Part shown: positions 19,901 to 27,536 of the stretch, one piece after another
How positions within the stretch are numbered: the first letter of the stretch is position 1
Layout of the letters: every line of letters begins with the position of its first letter
Source of the DNA: a virus
Lineage: Duplodnaviria > Caudoviricetes
Strand: one strand, 5' to 3'
IMG/VR virus record: IMGVR_UViG_3300017700_000663
Coordinates: 1-62,591 of that record
DNA length: 62,591 bases
Notes under the pieces: generated by a model
What the model was told of the DNA's origin: nothing
Seen by the model: the letters and a program-made list of their open reading frames with translations, nothing else
Databases searched by the model: none
Translations under genes and position numbers: made by a program

Positions 19901-22689
19901 CCAAGATCTCCAATGGCCCGTTCTATTCCGCCCTGACGCGCGCCGTCGAAGGTGCGAAGACCGAGAAGGCGACGCCGGGGCAGTGGATGGGCACCATCAA
20001 GAACACGCCCGGCGTGAAGGCCGAAGAAATTGAATGGTCTGGCGTCGATCAGTTCCTGAATAAGCACGCTAAGACCGTCACCAAGGCTGACCTGCTCGAC
20101 CACCTACGCGAAAACGAGGTCGAGGTGCGCGAGGTAATGAAGCGCGCCGAGGGGGAGTACGATCGCGACATCATGCAGGGGCAGCTTGCTTCCGAAAGAC
20201 TGTCCGAGCTGCAAAACAAGGACGAAGACGATCTGACGCCGTCCGAAGAGCGCCTGATGGTCTGGCTGATGGATCACCAAGATGCGTCCGACTCTGGATA
20301 CCTCACTCGCGCATACGACATCTGGCTCGATGACCACCGGCACTTGCCGCGCATCGACCCGGACGATTTGGCGTTTCAGCTTATCGAGGCGAGGGATGGG
20401 GAAAAGCGTGTCGGCCCGGAGATCGATGAAGAGATTTCGTGGCTGCAGGCTCACATTGCTGATCGGTCACTGGCAGCCGACGGGCCGGAGGATGGCGGCG
20501 TCACCAAGTACGACGATTACACGTTGCCCGGCGGTCGGAACTATCGCGAGCTGCTTTTGACGCTGCCGCCGACGATGCGGACGATCGACGAATACAAGGT
20601 CATCCGCGCCGATGGCACGACCTATGGCACCTATGATGGCAAAGAGGCCGCCGATCGCGCGGTAAAGCTGATCGATGGCGGCAGGGTCGAGCCGGGACGT
20701 GCCACCACTGTCGCCGGCGGCTTCAAATCTTCGCACTGGGCCGAGCCCAACATTCTGGCCCACATCCGCTTCGATGACCGCATGGTGCAGACTTACACGC
20801 CTGATGACGTCCAGCGCATTGGCGAGAAAATCGCTGCCGCGCTTGGCGTGAAGCCGAGCAGTATTGCCAGCGGCGCGCCGGCTGCGGCCGTCAAGAAGGG
20901 TGCCATCACCCGGCTGGAGGCCGCCCAATTTTCCCATGCCGCCGGTTTCAGGGGTGTCGACACAGCTGGCGCTGTCGAAAAGGTGCTGCACGTCGCCGAG
21001 ATCCAGAGCGACTGGCATCAGGCGGGGCGTAAGCGCGGCTATAAGCAGGAGGTCACGAAGGAGTACGCTGAAAGCCAAGGTTATTCAGTGTACCGCGCAA
21101 AAAGCAATCTGGGCACGGAATCCTATTTCTTGGACGGCCCTGATAACATTCGCAACATCCCGAACCAAGGCCACGACACCGAGGAGGGGGCGTGGGCCGA
21201 AATGCTGGCGTTCATCAAGAAGAACAACGACGTCGTCCCTGACGCCCCCTTCAAGACGACGTGGCAGGAAATGGCGATGAAGCGCGTGCTGCGCTATGCC
21301 GCTGAAAACGGCTATGACCGCGTGACGTGGGACACTGGTGCGACCAATGCCGATCGCTACGATCTCAGCAAGCAGATCGAGATGGTTTATTATTACGATA
21401 ACGGCAATGACACCTTCGACATCATCGCCGAGCCGAAGTCTGGCGGCGAAGACATCAAGAAAAACGGTCTGACAGCCAAAGATCTTGAAGACACGCTCGG
21501 AAAAGACGTTGCTCGAAAAATCATCGAAAATGAAGGGAAGCCGTCAAAATATCACGACGAAGGCTGGAGCTTCCTGAAAGGCGTCGACCTGAGAATTGGC
21601 GGCGAGGGTATGGTCGGGTTCTATGACAAGATCCTGCCGGCATTCGTCAGCAAGTATGTGAAAAAGTGGGGCGCGAAGCTCGAGCGCGGGACGGTAACCG
21701 ATCCGTATTTCGCGGCGTCTGGCGCGGCGGTCATGGCTGAAATGGGCATGCCTGTGAGCAAGCAGAAAGCCTATTGGGCGGGCCTCGACCAGAGCGAGCG
21801 TGACCGCCTTCTCGACGACTATCGCAAGCGCCACCGCGACACGGCGGTCCATTCTGTGGCCATCACGCCTGCCATGCGCGAAAGCGTCATGCAGGGCCAG
21901 CCGATGTTCAGCCCCAAGGTGCGCCCCGAAGTCCGCGAGGAGCTGGAGCGGGCGAACCCGGCCTATCGCGATATGTTCAGGTCGCCCCGTGGGGCCCCGG
22001 AGCCGCGCCAGATGCCGCCGGCGGCCGAGCCTGATGTCCAGCCTGCCCCGGCGCGCAGGACAGCGCCTGCAGCTCCTGTAGCGCCACCTGCGCCGCCGCC
22101 GGTCATCGACCCGGCCGAGGAGCCTGCCGAGACCAACAGCCCGCTGGTCGCCCCTGAGAAGCGCCCGCGCGCCCTGTCCTTGCAGTCCATTAAGGGCGAG
22201 GGCGAGCTGCGCCGGCGCGCCATCAACGGCGAGCTCTACAACGTGGCGGAGGAGCTGCCCCAGATGGAGGCGGCCGACGCGCTGGTGGCCAAGGATCTGG
22301 ACAAGGCGATCGCGATCGCCATGCGCGAGCGCCAGTCGATCCCGGGCGTGCTGCCGGAGTTCGTCTTCATGGCGGTCGAGCAGCATGCCAAGGACACCAA
22401 CAACGTCGACCTGCAGCGCCGTTTGAGCAATTCGCGCATCGCCGAGGAGGCGACCGACATGGGCCGGCGCATCGCGGCGTGGCGCAATCGCGGCGAAATC
22501 GCCCCGGTGGAGGACATGCGGCGGATCCGCGAGGCCCGGGAAGCGCGCGCGAAAGCCAAAAAGGTTGACGTCAAGAAGGAAGTCGACAAGGTGGTCGACG
22601 CTGGGCTGGCCGCATCTCGGGCCGAGGCGAAGTCGACCAAGAAGGTGTCGATCAATGAATTTGTACTTTCCATGATCTGTCCGACGTAA
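13960..22689 (+). CDS. Giant polyvalent protein (2909 aa): Ala/Gly ejection-like region, HExxH metallopeptidase, GNAT, four ART-PolyVal-like ADP-ribosyltransferase modules, large unnamed conserved domain
   Basis: HEITH at aa 602-606; V.PRQRRKGRA..LEKFYKSLGF GNAT; four copies of F..WF..S.(V/I)..(G)..P...YH(G/A)T...Q(I/V/L)KS...N.G.F; EIQSDWHQ / PDAPF / FYDKILP domain. Confidence 0.88.
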   Translation: MATPSFDPSKPFEVVEMSSRDTAPAFDVSKPFEVVADPSRPGLINSMMRQNDANMLEETSAAPVNEYIGKSAELGVRSALGAGLGIAAAIYNGIFGGTSDEDLAILSGPKGDGSLSAEDVKRFKGINPGSYLEKGSKDQFAAGDDAMKNLSVGARKYADKEYLTLDPEKSALLSPTRLIGDVLGSLPSTALLAITARFGGTAATTARTEALAAGATEAVANKAAVAAATKVMTRAGAAGEGALGYEMQYDQTRRQVLDLPQDKIEKSAEYQGLIEDGYTPEKARELLAMRAGNLAGFTAAIVDAGTNLASGPILGKIIGEGGGMISRTARAGGTEAAQEAVQSGGEQAGGNLALQRADPSQELGEGVAEAAAQGAAVGGLTGGAIGLASGQNGLINDVTPNMDERRRVDDYIEHRANETSGQMGEIPAPASSPAATAAIPAILEAPTADAAIEAAMAAVSGPAVDIDAIVDETIGAQERATVEEQQAALVEFGSRLGQLEPTEGDPNTFTFTRPVAGGEPVTGTLKLWDPADAAEGPAGGTLPTISPEVVAAQRDVYGKAGFDVVYFQDDPNLPDGAADPAQPNVIFLSNNPSRNVLQVGQHEITHLLDDVKTPDGRSLGDLLSEQITTGITNEGVAHAFKIFGDEAPDRSQFPATPEGQAAHADAVRDHLIKELGADIGGEAPKFQTWIPRVMEAIETRYGRGVVTEVMNKFLNGLREAMVRMQTFFSGGERSNTLSQNWVSNLDEIHDTLAQMNAVRYGSAVQREQAKLSKMKDTAARDRLAAGEAVVAEASAAPIAGKPAPAAGYKEARTKAQTLRRWLGELDVKRRTDAAASEPVKILRQQEATMLKKVGGVESKMTKVGAERLAAVRAEIEDRLNPKGDSPDMARVREAMVREHARMAEATAVTKEAAAMPRAARPAPTPKAEAAPAVEPVKAEAPKPASKETGEPTDADRFVANQVAQDTGGNPKFSPKVADLSDPTEPNGNTRRAREVEIDGATISYSMHPSQDGMFVEVNAVSVEPRQRRKGRARKAMDKFLAQTDAAGLKTFLTAEPMGQGGAPKSALEKFYKSLGFTPNRGRARDFGTRAALVREAKVAANPQKADQTDTPAFKKWFRDSVVVDGNKKPMVVYHGTPDDFTEFEPGDGWYGRGIYFTDNAEYAGEFATENAEDGETGARTVPAFLSLQRPYIFRERLNDTASNVQLMHELGFSDAKINRSFETGEDLIRPALERMGHDGIVVLSAEGRNEYIAFEPEQIKSSTGNVGTFDAQNPDIRFSPKAKPQTKTKAFKDWFGNSKVVDVAGKPLVVYHGTVFDIDTFDPQRRDSGRGRGGKVRPAIYFTANKDDANWYATWGENKELFAQELEAAKNRPADIVDWGGGYKYKMSPFSMATEATYVRDPDGGTGANSGANVTPVFLKAENPLIVDMKGRPGFGQGHIRRALAAGNDGVILRNSRTNQDTEPSDHFVVFKSEQVKSAIGNSGAFDPKDKRIQFSPKQRETDEFRRWFSGSKITDRDGNPVILYHATPEDFDAFKPGGKDPEWSGPAIWLSPYRDSQPAAHNTGGYQGQFKDGTNVIPVYAAIKNPLFIDNRQMLDWSRETFAGGSSQFPLAFDAKTRDALIAEGYDGIVYAGPQVYNNSAKEYGDVGVGEQPKREEEVVALFANQLKSAISNTGGFSREDDRILFSPKQTKTKAFKEWFADSKVVDSKENPLIVYHGTTADFDAFNRERGNIESDWGAGFYFTNERDDVSENYAGMGPDLTNKVQREAERIASETDREYNDPEVVAEARAKYAVHEGATIPAYLSIQNPVIVGGKGETYFDYEENYNEELDEFGEPTGSLVDLVTALRAASESHGDVDIEDVVGQLFEAGMDGGLSASQAEDIMRKNDGLIYATDLERGDLSGHELVRQAFEAMGFDGIIDRRANQKFGSEKDPKTGQKMAGMKPGTVHYIAFAPEQVKSAIGNSGAFSKEDSRIQFSPKISNGPFYSALTRAVEGAKTEKATPGQWMGTIKNTPGVKAEEIEWSGVDQFLNKHAKTVTKADLLDHLRENEVEVREVMKRAEGEYDRDIMQGQLASERLSELQNKDEDDLTPSEERLMVWLMDHQDASDSGYLTRAYDIWLDDHRHLPRIDPDDLAFQLIEARDGEKRVGPEIDEEISWLQAHIADRSLAADGPEDGGVTKYDDYTLPGGRNYRELLLTLPPTMRTIDEYKVIRADGTTYGTYDGKEAADRAVKLIDGGRVEPGRATTVAGGFKSSHWAEPNILAHIRFDDRMVQTYTPDDVQRIGEKIAAALGVKPSSIASGAPAAAVKKGAITRLEAAQFSHAAGFRGVDTAGAVEKVLHVAEIQSDWHQAGRKRGYKQEVTKEYAESQGYSVYRAKSNLGTESYFLDGPDNIRNIPNQGHDTEEGAWAEMLAFIKKNNDVVPDAPFKTTWQEMAMKRVLRYAAENGYDRVTWDTGATNADRYDLSKQIEMVYYYDNGNDTFDIIAEPKSGGEDIKKNGLTAKDLEDTLGKDVARKIIENEGKPSKYHDEGWSFLKGVDLRIGGEGMVGFYDKILPAFVSKYVKKWGAKLERGTVTDPYFAASGAAVMAEMGMPVSKQKAYWAGLDQSERDRLLDDYRKRHRDTAVHSVAITPAMRESVMQGQPMFSPKVRPEVREELERANPAYRDMFRSPRGAPEPRQMPPAAEPDVQPAPARRTAPAAPVAPPAPPPVIDPAEEPAETNSPLVAPEKRPRALSLQSIKGEGELRRRAINGELYNVAEELPQMEAADALVAKDLDKAIAIAMRERQSIPGVLPEFVFMAVEQHAKDTNNVDLQRRLSNSRIAEEATDMGRRIAAWRNRGEIAPVEDMRRIREAREARAKAKKVDVKKEVDKVVDAGLAASRAEAKSTKKVSINEFVLSMICPT

Positions 22690-22698
22690 GGGGCTGCT

Positions 22699-24507
22699 GT
22701 GGCATTTTGCATTCCGAAAAAGGACGCGGCCAAGTTCCTCGCCGCCCTCGGTTCTGGCGACATCAATGTCGCCCAGCTGATGGACATGACGTCGGCCGAG
22801 CGCCGAGCGCATTTTGCCAAGGTCGTCGGCGAGAATGTCGCCGAGGGCATGAACGCCGCCTTCGAGGCTAAGATGCTTCTGAAGGACCAGCGGCGCGGCA
22901 TGGTGACGTGGGCGCGATCGATGGCCGGACTCAAGGATAAGGTCAAGCTGGATTTCATCTCCAAGGTCAACAAACTCGAGCGCGTACTGGAGCCGGCCGA
23001 GGAGCGCGCATTCCTTGCGGATCTGGCAGCGCAGAAGCTGGGCGCGACCGTCACCCTCGATGAAGCGAAGGCGATCTCCGAGGGGGCCAAGACGGTTACC
23101 GATCTTCAGAAGGCGTGGGATCCGGCCACCCAGCAGTGGGCCAGCGAAGCCGATCGCCTGAAGTACGGCGTCGCCTATGTCACCTATCAGGAATACGTCG
23201 GCGCGCTGCTACGTGACGCCAATACCAAAAACTTCAAGGAGTGGCTGACCCAGCCGAAGCTTGGCGCTGTGCTCGACATCGCCAATTCCACCAAGGGCAT
23301 TGTGGCGTCGCTGGATAACAGCTTTTTCGGCCGTCAGGGCATCAAGGTGCTCTTCACCAATCCCGACATCTGGGCCGCCGGATTCGCGAAGTCTTTTGTC
23401 GACATCGGCAAGACGATCGGCGGCCACGATCCCATGTTGCCGCTGAAGGCAGAGATCTACAGCCGGCCAAACAGCATGAACGGCAAGTACCGCAATGGCA
23501 AATTCGCCCTCGGTCAGGACGTCGAAGAGGCCTTCCCCACGTCGATCCCCGAGCGCATCCCCGGCTTCGGCCGCCTCTACAAGGCGTCGGAAAATGCCTT
23601 TGTCGGTGGCGCGCTGCGCCTGCGCGCGGATCTGGCCGACCGGGTGATCAGGGACGCGGAGGCCTATGGCGTCGATATGTCGGTCTCCGGCCCGCAGGCC
23701 GAGGCGATCGGCGACCTGATCAATTCCATGACGGGCCGTGGCAACATCGGCCGCATGTCCGGCGAGTGGGTGAATGCCACCTTCTTCTCGATCCGATTCC
23801 TGAAGGCGAATTGGGACACGCTGACGATGCACACCTTCGGTGCCGGTATCGAGCCGGGCCCGGGGCGCGATTTCATGCGCAAGCGCGCGGCCACCAATCT
23901 CCTCAAGATCGCCACGTCCATGGCGCTGATCTACGCCATCGCCGGCATGCTCTGGCCCGACAGTGTTGAATGGGATCCACGCTCGTCGAATTTCGGCAAG
24001 ATCAAGATCGGCAACACCCGCTTCGACATCAGCGGCGGCATGGCGTCGATGGTGACGCTGGCGGCGCGCCTGATGCCGACCATGCACAACGGCAGGTGGG
24101 GCTGGTGGTCGAAGAGCGCCGTGTCCGGCCGCTGGTCGCAGCTTGGCACCGGAAAATTTGGCTCGAAGAACCCTCTGGACGTGCTCGAGGACTTCATCGA
24201 AGGGAAGGCGTCGCCTTTCGCCGGCAAGGTTCTGACCGTGCTGCGCGGCGGCCGAGACTTCACTGGCGAGCGCGTGACGCTGACTGGCGAGGCCCTGAGC
24301 CTCGTGACCCCGATCGGTTTCAGCACCATGCAGGACGCGATGAAGGATCCCAACGCCGCGCCGCTGCTCGCCGTCTACCTTCTGGACGCCATGGGCATCG
24401 GTGCCAGCACCTACAGCGGCAAAAAAGAGCCCCGGGCGCGCGAGATCTGGGACGAAGAATTTTGGAGCCAGCCCGGCCAATCAGATGATCAGCAGGTAGC
24501 GCAATGA
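22699..24507 (+). CDS. Large virion/ejection-associated protein (polyvalent-protein C-terminal-type domain)
   Basis: 602 aa, GTG start; DPRSSNFGKIKIGNTRFD motif seen in C-termini of large phage internal proteins. Confidence 0.6.
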   Translation: MAFCIPKKDAAKFLAALGSGDINVAQLMDMTSAERRAHFAKVVGENVAEGMNAAFEAKMLLKDQRRGMVTWARSMAGLKDKVKLDFISKVNKLERVLEPAEERAFLADLAAQKLGATVTLDEAKAISEGAKTVTDLQKAWDPATQQWASEADRLKYGVAYVTYQEYVGALLRDANTKNFKEWLTQPKLGAVLDIANSTKGIVASLDNSFFGRQGIKVLFTNPDIWAAGFAKSFVDIGKTIGGHDPMLPLKAEIYSRPNSMNGKYRNGKFALGQDVEEAFPTSIPERIPGFGRLYKASENAFVGGALRLRADLADRVIRDAEAYGVDMSVSGPQAEAIGDLINSMTGRGNIGRMSGEWVNATFFSIRFLKANWDTLTMHTFGAGIEPGPGRDFMRKRAATNLLKIATSMALIYAIAGMLWPDSVEWDPRSSNFGKIKIGNTRFDISGGMASMVTLAARLMPTMHNGRWGWWSKSAVSGRWSQLGTGKFGSKNPLDVLEDFIEGKASPFAGKVLTVLRGGRDFTGERVTLTGEALSLVTPIGFSTMQDAMKDPNAAPLLAVYLLDAMGIGASTYSGKKEPRAREIWDEEFWSQPGQSDDQQVAQ

Positions 24508-25037
24508 CAATCGCACTTCCGCCCGGCTATTCGTGGCTGGCAAAAGAGCCCGGCCCCAAGATGCTCGTCGAGGCCCTAAAATTGTACGGCCTTCACGAAG
24601 CACCCGGCGCGGTCAATAATCCGACGATCATGGGCTGGGCGAAAGAGCTCGGTGTCGACGGCTCATATCGCGAGGATGCGGTGCCGTGGTGCGGCCTGTT
24701 CATGGGCATCGTCGCCAAGCGCGCCGACAAGAAGCCGCCCGGTATCCTGCTGCGCGCTCTGGCGTGGGCGGATTTTGGCACCGAGGCCAAGGTGCCAATG
24801 CTGGGCGACGTCATGACATTCAAGCGTGACGGCGGCGGCCACGTCGGACTGTACGTCGGCGAAGACGACAAGGCCTTCCACATTCTGGGCGGAAACCAGT
24901 CCGATCAGGTCTGCGTGACCCGGATTGATCGCGGTCGCCTGTTCAAGGCGCGCCGGCCGGAATACAAGATCCAGCCGGCCAATGTTCGCGTCGTGAAGCT
25001 GGCAGCTACAGGCTCACTTTCCACCAACGAGGCATAG
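24504..25037 (+). CDS. Endolysin, TIGR02594 / NlpC-P60 (CHAP-like) family
   Basis: PWCGLF catalytic Cys, GHVG His, LGGNQSD motif. Confidence 0.9.
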   Translation: MTIALPPGYSWLAKEPGPKMLVEALKLYGLHEAPGAVNNPTIMGWAKELGVDGSYREDAVPWCGLFMGIVAKRADKKPPGILLRALAWADFGTEAKVPMLGDVMTFKRDGGGHVGLYVGEDDKAFHILGGNQSDQVCVTRIDRGRLFKARRPEYKIQPANVRVVKLAATGSLSTNEA

Positions 25038-25038
25038 C

Positions 25039-25398
25039 GTGACAGATCTCGGCCCCGCCATGGCGGCAGCGACTGCGGCGATCACCGGCAAGGGTACGCC
25101 GGAGGCGGTGCAGGCGATCGTGACCGACGATTGGAAGATCGTATGGGTCCGCGCACTTTCGGGCCCCGCATTGTGCGCCATGGTTGCTGGCTGCATTGCG
25201 GTGCTGGCTTTTGGCCCAACGGTCGGGATCTGGACGACGCTCACCGAGTCGATGCGCGCCCAGTATGTCGGCGTCATGGGCATCATCCTGACCGGCCTGC
25301 TGGGTCTGGTGTTCTGGACGATCATGCCCGGCCGCCCCAACAAGATCGAAATTAAAGCTGGCCCCGCCAGCATCACCGTCGACGGAGGACCAAAATGA
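25039..25398 (+). CDS. Putative holin
   Basis: Two transmembrane helices; lies between endolysin and spanins. Confidence 0.55.
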   Translation: MTDLGPAMAAATAAITGKGTPEAVQAIVTDDWKIVWVRALSGPALCAMVAGCIAVLAFGPTVGIWTTLTESMRAQYVGVMGIILTGLLGLVFWTIMPGRPNKIEIKAGPASITVDGGPK

Positions 25399-25817
25399 TC
25401 GCATCGTGGCTTGCCAGCAAAGTCTGGGGCATCGTCATCTTCTGTGTTGCCTGTCTCAGCATCGTCCTGATCCCTGCCGTGGTGGTGCAGAGCGTGCGCC
25501 TCAACGGTTTTGGCATGCTCGGCTGGGAGATCACCGAAGGCTTTCGCCCGATGGCCATTCGCCTCGGAAACGAGAACGTGAAGCTGATCGCCAACAATCT
25601 GGTGATCTCCAACGGCCTCGACAAATGTAACCTCGGCGTCACCGCGCTCGAGGATGCTAGAAAGGCGTTTCAGGACGAAGCCCAGAAGCTGGTCGACGAG
25701 CGCCTGCGCCTGCAGAAAGAATACGCCAGCAGGATCTCGCGCGTGAATGCGATCAAGGCCACGGATGCGAAGTGCCCAACGGTCGACGCCATCTTCAACG
25801 CAGGATTCGGAAAATGA
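25395..25817 (+). CDS. Putative inner-membrane spanin (Rz-like)
   Basis: N-terminal TM followed by coiled coil and C-terminal Cys. Confidence 0.7.
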   Translation: MIASWLASKVWGIVIFCVACLSIVLIPAVVVQSVRLNGFGMLGWEITEGFRPMAIRLGNENVKLIANNLVISNGLDKCNLGVTALEDARKAFQDEAQKLVDERLRLQKEYASRISRVNAIKATDAKCPTVDAIFNAGFGK

Positions 25818-26125
25818 GCAGGATCATCGCAGCCTCGGCGCTCGCCGCCGTTTTTCTCGTCACGGCCTGTACCCATAAGTCGGAGCCCGTGATCGTTACC
25901 AAGGACGTCAACATCGCGGTGCCAGTGCCCTGCACTGTCGACACCAAGAACCAGCGCCCGGCGCTGCTGACGCTGAAGGAATTTCAGGCGCGGTTTGATG
26001 CCGCGCCCAACGTCGACACCAAGGCGCAGCTGATGACGTCCCAGCTGCTCGCCCACATGGGCTGGCTCCCCGTCGTAGAGGGTGCCATGCAGGGGTGCGA
26101 AATGGCACCGAAGGGGCGGAACTAA
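25814..26125 (+). CDS. Putative outer-membrane spanin lipoprotein (Rz1-like)
   Basis: Signal peptide with lipobox VTAC; VPVPC; ATGA overlap with i-spanin. Confidence 0.75.
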   Translation: MSRIIAASALAAVFLVTACTHKSEPVIVTKDVNIAVPVPCTVDTKNQRPALLTLKEFQARFDAAPNVDTKAQLMTSQLLAHMGWLPVVEGAMQGCEMAPKGRN

Positions 26126-26204
26126 TTGGGAAATTTTCATCTTGCCGCGCCGGCGCATTTGACCCCAAATGCGCTCGGGAGTCGGGCGTTTCTAGGGCTG
26201 GAAA

Positions 26205-26672
26205 ATGACTGACCAACTGCTCCGCGAGGCCGCCGAAGGCCTGATCCCGCCCGGCATGGGACCAAAGACCCCGCGAGCCCGTTATGATACAACGGTGTCA
26301 CTCTGCCTCGCGGGTACGATCTTGGTCAGCGGTCTTCACATTGCTCAGGCGTGCGGGTTCCTCACATGGTTGGGGCTCGGCGGCTTTGCCATGGCCAGCG
26401 ACGTCGTCACCCAGCAAAGCATCCTGACCCAGATCCAGATCAGCTCGCTGAACCGGGATCTGCGCGACGCCAAGCGCGAGGTTTGCCGCGCCCAGCAGCA
26501 GGGCAACACCGCAGCTCTCGATTCATGGTCTGGCCAGCTGCAGACCTATCGCGGCCAGTATTACGCCATCATGAAAAGCTGGCCACAGGTGCAGAGCTGC
26601 GAGGAGCTGCTGGTAAATGTCCGCAGCGCGTCGAACGCCTCCGCCGGCCCCGCCACCGCCGCCACCCCATAG
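26205..26672 (+). CDS. Membrane-anchored protein at end of lysis cassette
   Basis: Hydrophobic segment plus helical domain with Cys pair. Confidence 0.6.
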   Translation: MTDQLLREAAEGLIPPGMGPKTPRARYDTTVSLCLAGTILVSGLHIAQACGFLTWLGLGGFAMASDVVTQQSILTQIQISSLNRDLRDAKREVCRAQQQGNTAALDSWSGQLQTYRGQYYAIMKSWPQVQSCEELLVNVRSASNASAGPATAATP

Positions 26673-26709
26673 AAAAACCCCGGCCAGTTTCCCAGCCGGG
26701 GTAACTTTA
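26673..26709. terminator. Probable bidirectional intrinsic terminator between convergent modules
   Basis: AAAAA-CCCCGGC...GCCGGGG-TAACTTT. Confidence 0.7.
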
Positions 26710-26961
26710 TCGTAGCTGCGCCAGCGCCTCCTTCAGCGCCACGCTGTCGACACCATAGGTGCGGGCCAGCGCTCTTAGGTGCCGCGCTGCCCTCGTCTTT
26801 TTAAACGGCAGTGGTCGGCTAGTTGAAAGGATCGCGATCGGGACTTTGAAGCTGTCCGCATTCTCGGTGCTGATCAGGAGGGCCAGCTTTCGACCCTCCT
26901 TGATCACCAGATAGCTTCTCCATCCGCACGGCTTGTCGAGGTACAGGCTGATGTGGCGCAT
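26707..26961 (-). CDS. Hypothetical protein (84 aa)
   Basis: ATG overlaps upstream TGA. Confidence 0.6.
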   Translation of the reverse strand: MRHISLYLDKPCGWRSYLVIKEGRKLALLISTENADSFKVPIAILSTSRPLPFKKTRAARHLRALARTYGVDSVALKEALAQLR

Positions 26962-27278
26962 CAGGCTTTCGACCTCTTGCCGGGCAGCGTGACGTCCCGC
27001 TTTTCCATCATCGGGATATTCACGTCGCCGGCCCAGACGCCACGGCAGTCCATGGCGAGGCGGTCGTGGCCGGTCACATCGTACAGGCCGATCGGGATTG
27101 TCTCTCCCTTCAGCTTGTAGAGATGGCCCCAGTCGCAGACCGCGATCTTCGCGCACCGTCTGACCACGTCTTCAGGATCTGAACCCCGAGCCCACGATCC
27201 GCCCATTCCGATTATGGTGTAGGCGAGGTAGTCCTTCTTCGGCGCAGCCGGAGCCGCACCGTCTTGTTGGTGTGTCAT
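26961..27278 (-). CDS. Hypothetical protein
   Basis: TGAGGA RBS; 105 aa. Confidence 0.7.
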   Translation of the reverse strand: MTHQQDGAAPAAPKKDYLAYTIIGMGGSWARGSDPEDVVRRCAKIAVCDWGHLYKLKGETIPIGLYDVTGHDRLAMDCRGVWAGDVNIPMMEKRDVTLPGKRSKA

Positions 27279-27536
27279 TGTTGGTCCTCACGATTTCAAA
27301 CAGCGACGCGCATCACTCGCGCGACATGAGAAGTCTACCAGACGAGGTTTTCAGATTTTGAGGTGTGCAGTGCCGAAGTCGCGATTTCATTGGCTCAAAT
27401 GAATTTCGCTGACGACGCATCAATGGGTTACAGGCGAAAGAAATCGCTTGGTGGCGTTTTTATAAGGGTTTTGCAGCGCGATTTTAAAAATCGACGCAGC
27501 AATGGCGCGATTAAAAGTGCGACACTCTGTCTTTTT

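Noticed and set aside
14085-23731. 17-nt match cctgatcaattccatga at about 14085 and 23715
   Set aside because: Explained by the shared peptide LINSM with preferred codons; no further flanking similarity
9318-24480. Long minus-strand ORFs (571, 528, 690, 552, 422, 423 aa)
   Set aside because: Antisense shadows of GC-rich plus-strand genes with no motifs or RBS
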